A stretch of DNA of 62,728 nucleotides, counting the filler, from Choristocarpus tenellus KU-1152 (taxonomy: Eukaryota > Protista > Phaeophyceae), in NCBI GenBank assembly GCA_964200185.2. It is 10 parts of 10 records of this genome, joined end to end, with 100 filler letters (N's around TTAATTAATTAA, not from the genome) between each part and the next. Parts side by side here need not be neighbours in the genome. Positions count along the whole stretch, not along the records: positions 12,768 to 15,490 come from CAXNAD020025298.1; positions 15,591 to 18,363 come from CAXNAD020024872.1; positions 18,464 to 25,164 come from CAXNAD020007532.1; positions 25,265 to 33,213 come from CAXNAD020005352.1; 6 more parts are not named here. One strand, written 5' to 3'. The position numbers and the translations under genes are program-made. The notes below the pieces were generated by a model. The model was not told the origin of the DNA and made no database searches. It worked only from the letters and a program-made list of their open reading frames with translations. Shown in pieces: positions 13,036 to 26,177 of this stretch; position 1 is the stretch's first letter; the number at the start of each line of letters is the position of its first letter.

Positions 13036-15479
13036 AACTGGATTCAACTCTAGGAGATGCGGTACGGGGTTTGGGAGGAGATGGAAGAGGTGGAGGGAGC
13101 TTAGGCTCCAAAGGAGATCTGGAATCTTTTGCTGGTATTGTGACTCCTATGGACGAGTTCAACTTTTGGTCTGGGTAAGCATTTATGGATTACAGGTGCT
13201 TTTATCTAGGTGGAGTGAGTGACTTGGACTGGGGCAGAGACTGAAAAAAACGACAAACTGGGCGATTGTAATAATAGGAAATGTCATCCTCAGTATTACT
13301 GAAATTGTGATTTATCAGGCAGGGGAGGTTTCAAGGTGAACACATCCGATTATATACCGAACCCTGTCTGGAACACATTATTGGCGTAAAGGTTGCTCTT
13401 CGTGCTATTATATTTTCTTACCCTCATTCTTACCATTAGGTATGATATATATATATATTTAAAGCTGGTATCTCTTTAGATCGGACTGCTTTAGGGTGGG
13501 AGGCATGGAACAGGGCATTCCCCCAAGAGCAAATAGCACACCCTCATATCAATAGTTTTTTCTATCAACGGCAGAAGTCGATATTTTATTTTTCCTATAG
13601 CCAATGATACCTCCATCCACACTTCTCTGGTCCCTAGCTCAGTGATCCTGCTCCCTTCGCTGTCCCAATATGCCGCAGAAACAATGTAAGTGTGGGCAGG
13701 ATGTACTCTTGAAAACCCTGTCCACCCAGATTTCGAAAATATGATCTGGTACAATAAAAAGCGCCCTTTCTACCTCAACTTCGATATTTTTATCCACTCC
13801 GCGTATTTTGGCGTGCCAGCCCCCTTCCCAGCCTCATCACAACGGATACCACAACAACCATATCCCTAATGGGGTCTACTCTCATCCCCGTCCAATCCAA
13901 TGATGATTATTGCACCTTAAAGATACTCTGGAAGGGGGGCAGACAGAGACTTGGTATCCAGTGTAACTAGGGCGTATGACACTATCAGGGAGGCATTTGT
14001 GGGGCTACCAGGTCTTCAAATGGGCGAGGTGATACGTGATATAGATGACCACTCTGAAGCTGATCCTTACCCCATCCCTGTTGGAATTTGTTCCTGAGCC
14101 TTTATTGTGAACTGAGCTCCAATCATAAATTGAAGTATAACCCTAGTACTGTATATGCAGACTGGTCAGTTGACTAGGCAACCTTGTGAGGGGTCACATA
14201 CAAGTTTTGATGGTCTTGACTAGGTTCTACCACAAATTCAAAAGCAATCCTGTGCTGAATATCATGCTGAGCAGAACAACCTCCTTAACCCAGTGTTGCC
14301 AAGACCTGAACCGACAATATTCAATGCTACATAATGTGCATATTATGTTAAGGTAGAGGAGCTCATGGAGGCCACTCACACTGTTCTGGATGAGGTGTGG
14401 AAGGCTGATGGTGGAGGTGGGGCCAGGGGATCATATCCACAGGGGAGGATGGCACACTTGCTTGATGTTATCGGTGTTGCCTTCTGCAGGTAGAGTAAAG
14501 TCTAGTGTCTATTTGCAAATAGAGTTCTAAAGGATCTTGATCTGGGATAATTGGCGACTTCAATGCATGTTATAGCTTCTATGTGAGCGCAATAGGTGCA
14601 TTAATGAACAAGAATGTGAGAGGTAGTATAAATGTCAGCAACCTAAGATGTGTACCTATTTACTTGATGCGATTGCAATCTCTGGTCTCCCAGTGCTGTT
14701 GTTGCAGTTCAAGTGGTACTCCGAAAGCTGAAGGTTGGGGATCAGGTAGAAATGAGTTTGATCGCTGCCATTGCTATGTCTCCTGATCCGATTACTTCAT
14801 AAAGAACTCAAAATCCAGTCTCCTCTCACCTTAACTATCACTTGGCCCAAATTCGACCTCTGTTTGTAACTGCTGTTCTTCTCTCCTCTCCTTCAACCCA
14901 AAATGAATATATATATATATGTATATATATATGTATATATATATGTATATATGTTCTCAGGCACGTTCAGGAACACTTAAGTGGTCTTGATATTTGGACA
15001 GGGTCATTCACAAATGTCCGAACACGTCTCCTCGAGGCAGTCCAGGTGGGCTAAGACCATCCACAACTCTAGTCCCAACATATGTATATATATATATATG
15101 CACGTCTTCATTGCCGAAAATAGTTTGCTGCTCATCTATGACCCTTGCCCATCCAATTCTTCCACTCCTCAGACAACAAAATCAATGTTGTCTCTTGATG
15201 TGATATAGTTCTGCCTTGCAAGCCGATTTTCTTGGCTTTGTCTTATCCTGCCATACAAAGTGTTATGAACTCCTTAATAACAGCAAGCACCAGTCCATCA
15301 GAGGTGAGAGTCTACCCTCTCCCTGACCTAATTTCACACACGAACGTATGTATGTGTATATGCACGCATTCTGGCATTAGGTATGCGAAAAGTGGTGTCG
15401 GGTTGGTGAAGACCTGACAGGAACATTCTGGCCAGGCTATGCCCCTCACCCCTGGGAGGGTGACCCGCACAGAGACAAC
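13036..15479 (+). CDS. DYNC2H1: Dynein-2 (retrograde IFT) heavy chain, internal N-terminal fragment. Exons 13036-13174, 13923-14028, 14353-14489, 14961-15045, 15381-about 15479
   Basis: Spliced translation ...GIVTPMDEFNFW...VEELMEATHTVLDEVWK...YPQGRMAHLLDVIG...VQEHLSGLDIW...CEKWCRVGEDLTGTFWPGYAPHPW is colinear with the DYNC2H1 tail as I recall it (GILTPSDEFQFW, YPESRMLHLLDIIG, LTGQVWQRYVPHPW); intron phases are consistent. Confidence 0.87.
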
Positions 15480-17607
15480 TAAACCGTTGGNNNNNNNNNN
15501 NNNNNNNNNNNNNNNNNNNNNNNNNNNNNNNNNNTTAATTAATTAANNNNNNNNNNNNNNNNNNNNNNNNNNNNNNNNNNNNNNNNNNNNCTCCCACCCC
15601 CCCTGTCTGACGACAGTTTCGGTTCCTAATGAAGACAAGACAAAAGGAAACAGTATTTATACAATTCAGATTTTTTTTTCTTGTGTACTTATGAGCGATT
15701 GGAGAGGTTTGTACACTCCAATCTGATGGCGGCAGCTTAAAGCATGCATCACTTTAAATCGATAGGTCATAACTGTACTGGTTTAACAGGTGTACGGAAG
15801 TGTCCTCTTGCTCATAAATAGATGCAAAATCGAGTTCAGTACCATCGCCCTTGTGCTCCATCCCTCAACTATGATACTAATTTTGCTGAGGTTGTCTTGT
15901 GGGCGCATTTACCAGTTCTTCCACTTTTCAGTTGCAAAAGTCACTAAACATCAATGCCTGCCTTGGAAGTCTGTCAAGAATATTCTTTTTATTTGTGTGT
16001 AAAAGAAGATTCTGTAAGGAACAATCTAAGGATGAAGAGATAATGTTTGTATTCTGAAGAATAGTAGATGTGTTTGGGTTCAAGAAATAGAATATGGATG
16101 AGTTAAGGAATAGGAAGCATTGTAGGAAGTAATCTATGATTAGTGATTACTGATCCATAGAGTAGGAATGATTTTGGTGGCAAGGACCCCTCCCCCCTTT
16201 GGACTTGGATTATCACTCCTCCTTTCACCTTCCTTACTTCATCTACAACCTGTTCTACCCAATAAGGAATTGATCGAGTCATTTGAATACGTAAGTCTTG
16301 GGAACATCAGCTTCTTCAACAAAATCGCTCATCTCCCTTGCATGCAATGGACCCTTTGAACAGGAATGAGTGCACCTAGACAATTGACATGGTTCTTATC
16401 ACACCTAGTCTTCATAAGAGTTGAGAGATAGTGTATAATTGGGGTGTTCCTGTTTGAGAAATCTGATGCAGCATAGGAGGAATTTGTGGTAGTTTGATCA
16501 ATCAAAACTGATGCAGTGGACCTGACAGAGTGTGCCCATCACAATAAACTACATAATAACAGTACCTCATCAAGTACATCAACTCCTAGAGCGTTTGAAT
16601 CTTATGCTGAAGTGATACAGTCATGAAGTATTTGGCTATAGTTGCGGAAACAATGCCACCCTGGTTTTCTGACTGTGGTCTGGCCTCATCCAAGGTCTTC
16701 TATGTCTTGGCTCGACCCGGGTAAATACTGTGTAGTAACATTTAACACGGGCTGGTTTTGCCAAACAAGTTCAATACACACCCAGGACGAAACTCCTTGA
16801 TATTGGGAAACAGGTTACTGTTCTTGATTACGTTTGCTAGCATTGTTTTAGTCTGTCATATTTCATATTTCACTAATTAGGATAGCAATATATATGTGTG
16901 ATAATAACATAGATTTTGTACGATCTTCTTAGTATTAGTTTAGTGTTTAGTAACATAGAGTTTGTACGATCTCCTTCGAAGCTTAGAACTGACAGTATTC
17001 ACAGCTCAATATTCTGTGAAATCACCAGACCTGGTTTGAACAACCCGAGAAATAATCCAGCTTAAGAGCTGAGACCACCCCTACTATATCTCGCCTGACC
17101 TGGCCCGTGTGTGGTCTGGACCTGTTGAAGTTGTTAAGGGCCTTGGCCTAGCCCTATAAAAATGTATTATTTGCAGCAAACTGGCTTAAGGCCTGGCCCC
17201 CTTAAGATCCCCAAGGCTCTAGTCCAGCTCCTTGTTCGAAATCATTCTTACCAAATTGCCTGATCCTGATCTGGTCCTGTCACAGTTACCCAGTTTACAT
17301 GTACGTTCATGCCCACTCTGATTCGGAAGATGTTGTCGTGGAGGGAATAAAAGAAGGAATGTGTACAATGAGGTGAGGGAATACAAGAAGGAATGTGTAC
17401 AATGAGGTAAGGGAATACAACGAACATGGCAACAACAGAGTCCACAATTGCTTACAGGAAAGTCCTTCTCTACACCAATGCGTGTTTTGCATTTGAAAAC
17501 AAGAAAACTAGAAAGCTAGGAAGATAAACATTGTCGAAACATTGTAAAAGCACCAAACACATGTTTTATGTCTGGTAATAATCAAGTTTTTGAAAAAATC
17601 TAGAGAA

Positions 17608-17878
17608 GAGCAAACATAGTTGAGAGGTAGGCAGGTTTGGGCCCTTTTGCATCCTAAGTAATCTTTGCCAGGGTGTACAATACACCCCATTTCATTGCTT
17701 AATGTGCGCGATAGTGTATGGAAATTGGTATTCCTCTTTCCGCAAAAAAAGAGACACCGCAATTCAGGAATGAAACTTTATTGAATAGTACAAAAAATAG
17801 CGTATTTTTGGCACTTCTTGGGATCCTTCTTGAGATCCTTCAAATACAACGTTGCCTACCTCTCAACTACTTTGATTC
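17608..17878 (+). mobile_element. MITE family C
   Basis: TIR GAGCAAACATAGTTGAGAGGTAGGCA / TGCCTACCTCTCAACTACTTTGATTC; homologous to 25922-26177; flanks AGAA/ACAA. Confidence 0.75.
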
Positions 17879-18039
17879 ACAAGATACGTAAGTGTTACGT
17901 CCACAACATTTTGTGATAGCTTAAAATACTTCTTGTTAACATATTATGTCAATTGTGTTGTGGAAGTTATGTACTAATATAGTTGATCCCTTTTAAGGCC
18001 ACCGTAAACATACCATGTCAGTCAATAAGGCGACACATT

Positions 18040-18300
18040 TTGGGTTTGATAGACATGATACATCATAGTTATAAACTCAAACACCTTCACAGTGGAAAGT
18101 TTTGGGCGCCTCGGCAAGCAAGTGGAATGCTTCCTGGATGAGCTGGCTACTCGCATGGTAGGCGGGAAAGGAGCGGGAAGATATAGCACGAAAGGAGTAG
18201 TTAAATCCCGGCTACACCAAATTGTCTCGGTAACCACGCAAGTGGAACTGTCTAGATACGCCATGCGTTTTAAGCTGGAATCACCAGCGAGATGGGCACG
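18040..18300 (+). mobile_element. 3' fragment of a non-LTR retrotransposon with restriction-like endonuclease (CRE-like)
   Basis: SYKL..FTVESFGRLGKQVECFLDELATRMVGG...KGVVKSRLHQIVSVTTQV; the ESFGRLG motif and following helix are typical of the C-terminus of RLE-clade LINEs. Confidence 0.65.
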
Positions 18301-18463
18301 GAGGGGTTTATTGGATTCTTGGGATGCCTCCCTAGTTCCTCCCCCTGGGGTACAGGTATAGAANNNNNNNNNNNNNNNNNNNNNNNNNNNNNNNNNNNNN
18401 NNNNNNNTTAATTAATTAANNNNNNNNNNNNNNNNNNNNNNNNNNNNNNNNNNNNNNNNNNNN

Positions 18464-18603
18464 GTATGTTATTAGAAGGTGTGTCCAGAACATCGATATT
18501 GACACTTCCTAACACACACAATAGCCAAAATTACATCAAAATTGCAACATTGGACTTTAGCCCCCAAATGGACGCGGCTGTACTCTCTAAGATACTTTGG
18601 CTC
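18464..18603 (-). mobile_element. MITE family A, partial (contig edge)
   Basis: Reverse complement of the family A left half, ending TAAGATACTTTGGCTC. Confidence 0.85.
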
Positions 18604-19240
18604 TCTTACCTCCTTGAAACCGGTAATCAGCTGTCTAGAGCTAAATGGCCCTCTTGGCTACAGGAGTCATCCTATACCCACCTTTACCGAAACAAAGAGG
18701 ACGTACAGAGTCCGCTGCAGCCGTGGTCGTTCATGTGCCACCTATTACGACCCACAGGATCTGTAGTGTGCCCTAGCAGGCCCACTGGTGATCTCAGCCC
18801 CTCATAACTCTGTGTCTCTACTGCTGCTAGCAATAAAGCAGTTGAGGGATGAACATATATGAGTAGCTTATACTTCAGACACTACTTGAGACCTGCAGCC
18901 AGTCCAAGTTATGCTGAATGGAGAGAGGTCTTTGACCCTCTAGAATACAGGCAGTCACCCCGAGTCTACCTCTGCCGAAGCAGATGAGGGTTTACAGAGA
19001 GAGTTCTCCGCAGCAGTGCCCTCCCTACACTGCCTACCACCAGTGACAATATCTGCATCTAGCCCTAACAGGCTCATTGACGTTTCCTCCATTTTGCTCT
19101 GGGGCAGTCACCTAAATTTCTGCCTGGTCATATTAGCTGTTGAGATATATGAACAGAGGAGTGCTAACCCTTCACCTATGGCAGTCTAGATATTACACCT
19201 TCTTTGAGAGCTGCAGTCAGCTGGCTACAATTGTCCAAGC

Positions 19241-19484
19241 TGTCGATTAACCTAGTGTTATCCTTACATTGTCTGTGCTGATACAAGTACCTATAAAATA
19301 GGTTTCATATACGTTAATCTTTAATTCGGTAAAATACAAAGTAGTAACATGTGTAGCGATATGGTGGGCCAATGCTAGCGATATTAGGCACCCAGTGCTC
19401 AATTAATATTCAGTGTATGTTTTACCATGTCACTCAACTACTAGCTTTCGGTGACGAGCCTTACATGAGCCAAGTTCTTCAACA
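19241..19484. mobile_element. Solo LTR, 244 bp, TSD CAAGC
   Basis: TGTCGA...TCAACA termini; perfect 5-bp direct repeat; homologue at 27627. Confidence 0.85.
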
Positions 19485-20806
19485 CAAGCCCCGTGCCGAG
19501 CGGCAGTCACTCTTGATACTGCTATTACCTCTGTTGATGCATATATAGTTGACTCAACAGGGTATACTGCAGTGGTGACCCTTCACCTGCCACCTCCTGC
19601 CAGTCATGTGATCTCCAGCGAGCCCTGACAACCTGTACTTTCTTATCCCTTGAGGTGGGGAAGTTACTCTGCACCTCAGTTTCTTACATATCGAGGCATG
19701 AGGATACATTAGTATTGTATTCATATTTCAAAAAGTTATATTGTCGTACCTTTTTATGATACCCACAACCAGCTCTTCTTTAGTGCCCACAGGCAAGGGG
19801 GAAGGGGAGCTCCACCACCTTGTGTCACTCACAGGATCTGAATTGAACTCCAACAGGCCTAGCCAGTACTTCCCTACCCCTCGATGGAGCAGTCACTCTA
19901 TACCTTGCTTGCTACCTGTTAATTACAGTGGTGGAGGAGTGGGATGTATGCATAGTAATTCTTCAGATAACACAAACATCTGACATTTCATACAATTATC
20001 GAGATCTGCAGAAAGCACTTGCAGGTTAGCTGGAGCTACGTAAACCACTTGACGGGGGGCAGGCGCAATGTTCCCACCTCGATTGAAGTAGTGTAGGGCG
20101 AACAGAGAGTGTCCAGCGGCTGTGGCTCTGCTCTCAACCAAATTCTGCCAATAATGTGATATGCAGTGAGTCTGAGTAGGCTAACACAAGCTTACATTCC
20201 CTGCAGGGTTGACCACCACCTCTGTATTATTTATGCTTCCTGGTGACAACAGCAGTGAGGGATTAAATTCATTAGCATAATAGGGATTATTCAAATACGA
20301 CTATTTTCATTTGCAACACTTTACTTCATGCCTGTAAAAAGCTCTTCTGCTGTGCCCACTGACAAGGGGTAAGGGGAGCTCCAGTGAGCTGGCTGCAGGT
20401 ACCAAGAGACCGATAAACAGACAGAAAGAAATATTACAAAGAATTTCTTGTTATTCATATTGGGGGGCAGTTACCCTTCACATATCTCTGTGAAAAGAGT
20501 CCTGAGCAGCAGGGTCATGCAACCATTGGCTGCTATCACTTGTGGGATCTGCGCTAAGCCCACAAGGGTCTACAAGGTCTTTACCTCGGTTACTGATTGG
20601 TTGTTGAAACAGTTGAAGGATGAAATCATGTGAGATGTAACTCTTTCAAATATGGCATTCTTCCTGTACCCCATCTTATAGAACTTCCAACAGCCAGCTG
20701 ATTACTGAAATGTCATCAAACCAACAGAGCAGCACATCATCGTTTAATTTTTCGGCCCATCTCTCCCCTATATCACACCCCTGCAAACATTCCACAACTG
20801 CCCCAG

Positions 20807-23800
20807 GCACTTGACACTATCAAGCAATCAGAGATCAATGAGGTCAAGATCTTGACCAAGCCCCCTCTTGGTGTGAAGATTGTATGCGAGAGCATATGTG
20901 TCATGATGGGAATAAAGCCACAGCGTATACTCGATCCAGAAGACCCATCCAAGAGGATTATGGACTACTGGGGTCCAAGTCAGAAAATGCTTGGCGACCC
21001 AGACCTTATCGCCCAGCTCAAGGGGTAAGCATGATGTGCCATGGCACCTTGAAAAGTATATGCTCTGATTATTGAATTGCTGGGAAAAAGTACTACTTAT
21101 ACACTTGAAGAAGGAAAACCTTGCTCGAATATTTTTTCAGTTGATTGTTCACTCAACAACTTTATTGCTACCCCCCACTGTCACAGCTATGATAAAGATA
21201 ACATCCCTGCCAAGACCATTGCCGAGATCAGGAAAAAATACATAACTGACCCCAAATTTACACCAGAGGCAGCTGAAAAGGCTTCCAAGGCAGCTGCTGG
21301 GCTTTGCAAATGGGTTTACGCAATGGAAACATATGACAGAGTAGCCAAGGTGGGAAACAGGCTCAAAGTATCTCGGGGAGGTTACGGCTGTCCATTTGGG
21401 GTCAATTTTTTTATTTCGCGATTTTTTGTGATTTAGTTGCATGTATCAGATGAATAATGTAACTGTACTTTTCCTGGTTACGGCCCAAATGGACACCCTG
21501 GTGTAGACCCCCCCCCCCCCAGATACTTTGGGTCACATCTCACCTTTGGATGAGATAGATACTGTGAGGATGCAAGGTGAAGGGGCTCAGGAAGATTCCA
21601 ATACTTGTGCCTCGGTAAAGACAATAGTGGAGCATATCCCTGGTGGGCAACGTCAATGTATTGTGTTAATTCTTTGGGTTAAATGAGGTAGTGCCTTGCA
21701 ATTCAAGATATTTGATCATGCATTCAAAAATCAGGAGGAAATGCTTTGTTGTCCTCCTTTGGTAGGTGCAATATCTTATATTCATGACATTTTGGCTCTA
21801 CTGTGGAGACCTGCTAAAACAGGATAACTTCATCTTGGTCTCCTCCTCAGACTCTTGAACACTGGTACATATCCCTTTTCAATCAGTGATGTTGTACCTC
21901 AGAGAATGGTTTAATCTAAAATTGCAGGTGGTTGCACCAAAGAAGGAGGCCTTAAAGCTAGCTGAGGAGGAGCTGGAGGTCACAATGGCCGCTCTGAGGG
22001 CGAAGCAAGCAGAGCTACAGGAGGTTGAAGATGGACTTGCAGACTTGCAGAAGCAGTACGAAGATGCTGTCCAAAAGAAAGGGGACCTGGAGGACTGCGT
22101 CGAAAATACAAATGCTAAACTTGAGAGGGCAACCACAGTGAGTTCAAACCCTAAGAACGAACTCGATGGAGTTGAATGTATTGTATCTAGGTGGGGAATA
22201 TACAATACTCAAAATATTGTTCAGTTGGCAGGGATATGTCGCGCTAGAAAAGATGAAAATTGTAAAACAAACGGGAACGGCACAGAGCAGCCGAAGTCCA
22301 ACCTTCAAACCTATCTATCTCAACTAACCAAGAGGAATGTACTGTAGTTTATTTCCAATGTGACACCTCATCTCTCGGTTCTTTGTAAACACTTCTACTC
22401 AGCTTACAGATACAAACATTCACCTGTGGCAAAATCTGACCTTGAATCAAAGGTGGTAAACCCTCTTTATCATATAAAGAGCAAGGATATACCTCCAGAC
22501 AGACACTCGTAATATTTCTCTACTGCCACTCACCAACTTATCCTTAACACACCAGACCCTCTTTGCTACTCCTTCGCCCCGTACATCTTCGTCTCTTCCC
22601 ACTTTTCAGTTGATTGAAGGTCTGGGGGGTGAGAAGGCGAGATGGACAGAGTCTGCAGATCGCCTAGGTGTAACATACATCAACCTTACCGGTGATGTTC
22701 TTGTTTCAGCAGGGGTAATGGCCTACCTGGGGCCCTTTACGGCAACGTTTCGTGGAAGTCAATTGACGTCCTGGGTGGCCCAGTGCAAGAAAAAGTTCAT
22801 ACCATGTTCTGAGAGCCCCACCTTGTCTGGTGAGTATCAATTGCTTACTACCTACCACAAAACGTAGAGGGTGAAGGAGGGAAATAGGTCAGGTGTGGAG
22901 TAAAGCAATAGCTGTGCAACTACGAGGGCTGTATGGACAACTTGTATTGCAGTGTGCGGTTGCCCTGTATTCCTAACATGCATATTGTACTCAGTAACAC
23001 CTGTCTGTTGTTGTGTACAGAGTATTCTCAAATCTAACTCAGCTCGAATTTCTGCTCGAAGGGTGTTCCTTTGGAGGTGGTAACGAAGAGGGGAAAAATA
23101 TGCTCGTTGCACACACCTCTCACTCGCCCCCAATGAGCATATATTTATATATTAGTGTTGCTGCAAATCATCCCTCTGTCTTGTGCGATGGAATGGTCAG
23201 GCACTCTGGGCGATCCTGTGCTGATTCGGCAGTGGAACATTGATGGCCTACCAACGGATGGCTTCAGTGTTGACAATGGGATCATTATCTTCAATGCCCG
23301 GCGGTGGCCTCTGATGATTGACCCCCAGGGTCAAGCCAACAAGGTTGGCTCCCACATATGACACATTTATTTGGACCTAGCACCTGTTATAGTAGTACTC
23401 AAACACCCTCCCGATGTCCTGCGCTAACTGGCCTGACATGGCCTCTTTGCATGTTGATGAAGTGGGTGCGTAATATGGAGAAGGACAACAAGCTGACAGT
23501 AATCAAGCTTACAGACGGGGACTACCTACGGACATTGGAGAATGCTGTGCAATTCGGCCAACCAGTGCTGCTGGAGAATGTGGGGGAGGAGTTGGATCCC
23601 TCCTTAGAGCCACTACTGCTCAAGCAGATATTCAAGCAGGGTGGGGTCAGTTGTATAAGGCTTGGAGACTCCACCATCGAGTATAGGTCAGAGAGGCTGA
23701 AGGATCTAGACAAAGAGTGGTTAGCCACCCTCTTGCATATCACTTGTATACTTGCATCACCATAATTCTTCCTTGAACTGGTATTGATGTTGTCAAAGGA

Positions 23801-24658
23801 AAATTGGTTGCATGATACTACAGGGAATGACAACCTCATACTGGGTTGAATTTCAGCAGATGGTGTTACTGCTGAATCAAAACCAACCTTTGAACCCATT
23901 CGCAGTGAGAACTTCCGATTTTACATCACCACGAAGCTCAGAAACCCACACTATCTCCCAGAGATAAGTGTGAAGGTCACCCTGCTTAACTTCATGATCA
24001 CACCAGAGGGTCTTCAGGATCAGGTGTGTATCTGACAGCATCATGGTTCCACCAGAATGTACAGTGCCATTAAAAACATTTGTAGCGCACAGTTGTATGC
24101 CAAGGGCTCAAGCTCTCTTAGGTCCAGCAAATGCCGAAGCTAAGTATTGGTGAAATGATTTATGTTCTTGTAGTGCCCCAGAAGATTCATCAGTGAGCAT
24201 TTGAATCCCAGAAACTGAAGAAATAGTGTGGCGCCATGAGATCTACCACATTGTTGGAAGTAAATCTTTTAACATCTGGGCCTAGTGATGGTTATGTTGG
24301 GATCCCTAGAAAACGACCTATGCGTTGTAGAGAGGCTTCCCTGCAGATACGCCACGCTCCATATTTATTGCTAACATTTATTGTGCACATTGCTAACATT
24401 TGATAGAACTGATTGATGAATAATACTCTACAAAATGATCCTGTATGTCTGCTCAACTTTGCTGCACAGCTCCTTGGTATAGTGGTGGAGAACGAGCGAC
24501 CAGATCTTGAGGAGCAAAAAAACAAGCTAATTTTGGCAGGAGCAGAAAACAAGCGTACGCTGAAGGAGATTGAGGACAAGATTCTTCATATCCTGTCTTC
24601 TTCTGAGGGAAACATCTTGGAAGATCAAACGGCAATTGAAACTCTGTCGCAGTCAAAG
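20807..24658 (+). CDS. Axonemal inner-arm dynein heavy chain (DNAH7/DNAH3-like), stalk/MTBD to AAA5 fragment. Exons 20807-21024, 21187-21349, 21928-22137, 22610-22829, 23201-23343, 23463-23686, 23906-24023, 24470-24658
   Basis: YDKDNIP, GLCKWVYAMETYDRVAKVVAPKK, LIEGLGGEKARW, NLTGDVLVSAGVMAYLGPFT, RRWPLMIDPQGQANKW, FRFYITTKLRNPHYLPE, ERPDLEEQK, SEGNILED; in-frame GT-AG splicing. Confidence 0.95.
21360..21534 (+). mobile_element. MITE family B in a dynein intron
   Basis: GGCTCAAAGTATCT...AGATACTTTGGGTC; ACA on both flanks; begins 10 bp after the splice donor. Confidence 0.88.
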
Positions 24659-25370
24659 GTGACTAGGGTTTCGAAATCTCAAGGCACATCACTAACCATT
24701 TGATGATTTGTCCTGAAATAGACCATATCCACAACGGCAATGGAATCATTCACACTTGAACCTGACATTTTACTCAAGTCCCTTTGGCTTGGTTCAATTC
24801 TTCTGAGCTATTCCCCTCTCCCTTACGAAGAGGTCTTTGATCCAGTATAGAATGTACCTAAGGAGGCACATATGATGCTGTGACCAACTCAGGACGAACA
24901 TGATTGCATGGGAGAAATACCTCAAGGAATGCTCTCAAGGAATACATTTTTTTTAAGTAGTTGCAAGTATGTATTCAAGTTCCTAACAGTTGACTCAAGA
25001 GCATCATGTAAGTCCATGGCAGATGGTTAGCTGTTGTTTCCACCTTCTACTATGGTCAGGTAAACTTTGTTGCGAAGGAGAACAAATGGTGGTTCAGATC
25101 CATTGTATCTTAGAGGGGGGGGAGCGTTTAGGGGGGGGGGGGGGTTTAGCCCAGGTTGTCCCTTNNNNNNNNNNNNNNNNNNNNNNNNNNNNNNNNNNNN
25201 NNNNNNNNTTAATTAATTAANNNNNNNNNNNNNNNNNNNNNNNNNNNNNNNNNNNNNNNNNNNNTTGTGTAGACCCCCCCCCCCCTCCCAGATACTTTAG
25301 GTCCATTCATGAGTAAATCAACTGCACCTGGCTATCAGCAGTATCTTTTTCAGACTACAACTCGACTCGG

Positions 25371-25658
25371 CTCTCTGCTCCATTTACTTGTCAGAGTCTG
25401 CACCTAGGCTTCGCCCCTTTTGTGTTCGGACTTTAAACATTATGAGCTAACCAAGTGGACAAGCGGCTGTGTTACACCATGTATTGCTTTGATTTTGTAG
25501 ATCCTACAGCTAGCTCTCTGCTCCTTTTACTTGTCAGAGTCTGCACCCAGGCTTCGCCCCTTCTGAGTTCAGACTTTACACATTATGAGCTAACCAAGTG
25601 GACAAGTGGTTGTGTTACACCATGTATTGCTTTGATTTTGTGGATCCTACTGCTAGCT
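25371..25658. repeat. Tandem duplication, 2 x 143 bp
   Basis: CTCTCTGCTCC..TTACTTGTCAGAGTCTGCACC starts at 25371 and 25514. Confidence 0.9.
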
Positions 25659-25921
25659 CTAGAAATGCTGAATCTACATTTATGTGGTCTACCCATTCAG
25701 TTTTTTGTTTTTTCTAGCTGCCCTTCTTGTGTTAATACTTGTGAAATTCAATGCTATGGTAATGTTTAGATTGTTCGTCCTTCTGTCTCTACGTACCTGG
25801 TCTGGCTCTCATACCAACACACATGCTACCACATGATGCTATGTGATTTTAAAAAGAAAATTGAGCGAGGGTTATATGGGTAGAGGTTGCTGATTACTAC
25901 TCGGAGACGTTCGGTTCATCA

Positions 25922-26177
25922 GAGCCGCACTAATCGAGAGGTAGGCAGGTTTGGGCCCTTTTACACTTTGATCTGTCTTTCTTGCTCTGTCCAATACGCT
26001 CTATTCACCTGCTTTGCGAGCACATATGTGTACGCAAAGTTGATATCCTCCTTTCCACACACAAAGTGACACCACAAGTCACCACTGCTCTTTCTGCACG
26101 TTAACAAATCAAGTCTTTCCGCCGTTTCTCTTGATCCTTAAAATGCAACATTCCCTCCCTCTCAATTATGTTGGCTC
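25922..26177 (+). mobile_element. MITE family C, TSD ATCA
   Basis: GAGCC...GAGAGGTAGGCA / CCCTCTCAATTATGTTGGCTC; ATCA on both sides. Confidence 0.8.

Noticed and set aside
15480-15482. In-frame TAA in DYNC2H1 suggesting a pseudogene
   Set aside because: It lies within about 10 bp of the contig end, where sequence is unreliable; upstream exons are intact.
21350-21927. MITEs acting as introners (intron-creating elements)
   Set aside because: The MITE starts 10 bp inside an existing intron, and no MITE copy coincides with both splice sites of any intron.
13036-24658. Two dynein heavy-chain fragments as one gene or a flagellar gene cluster
   Set aside because: They are different dynein classes (dynein-2 versus axonemal inner arm) on different contigs, separated by artificial spacers.
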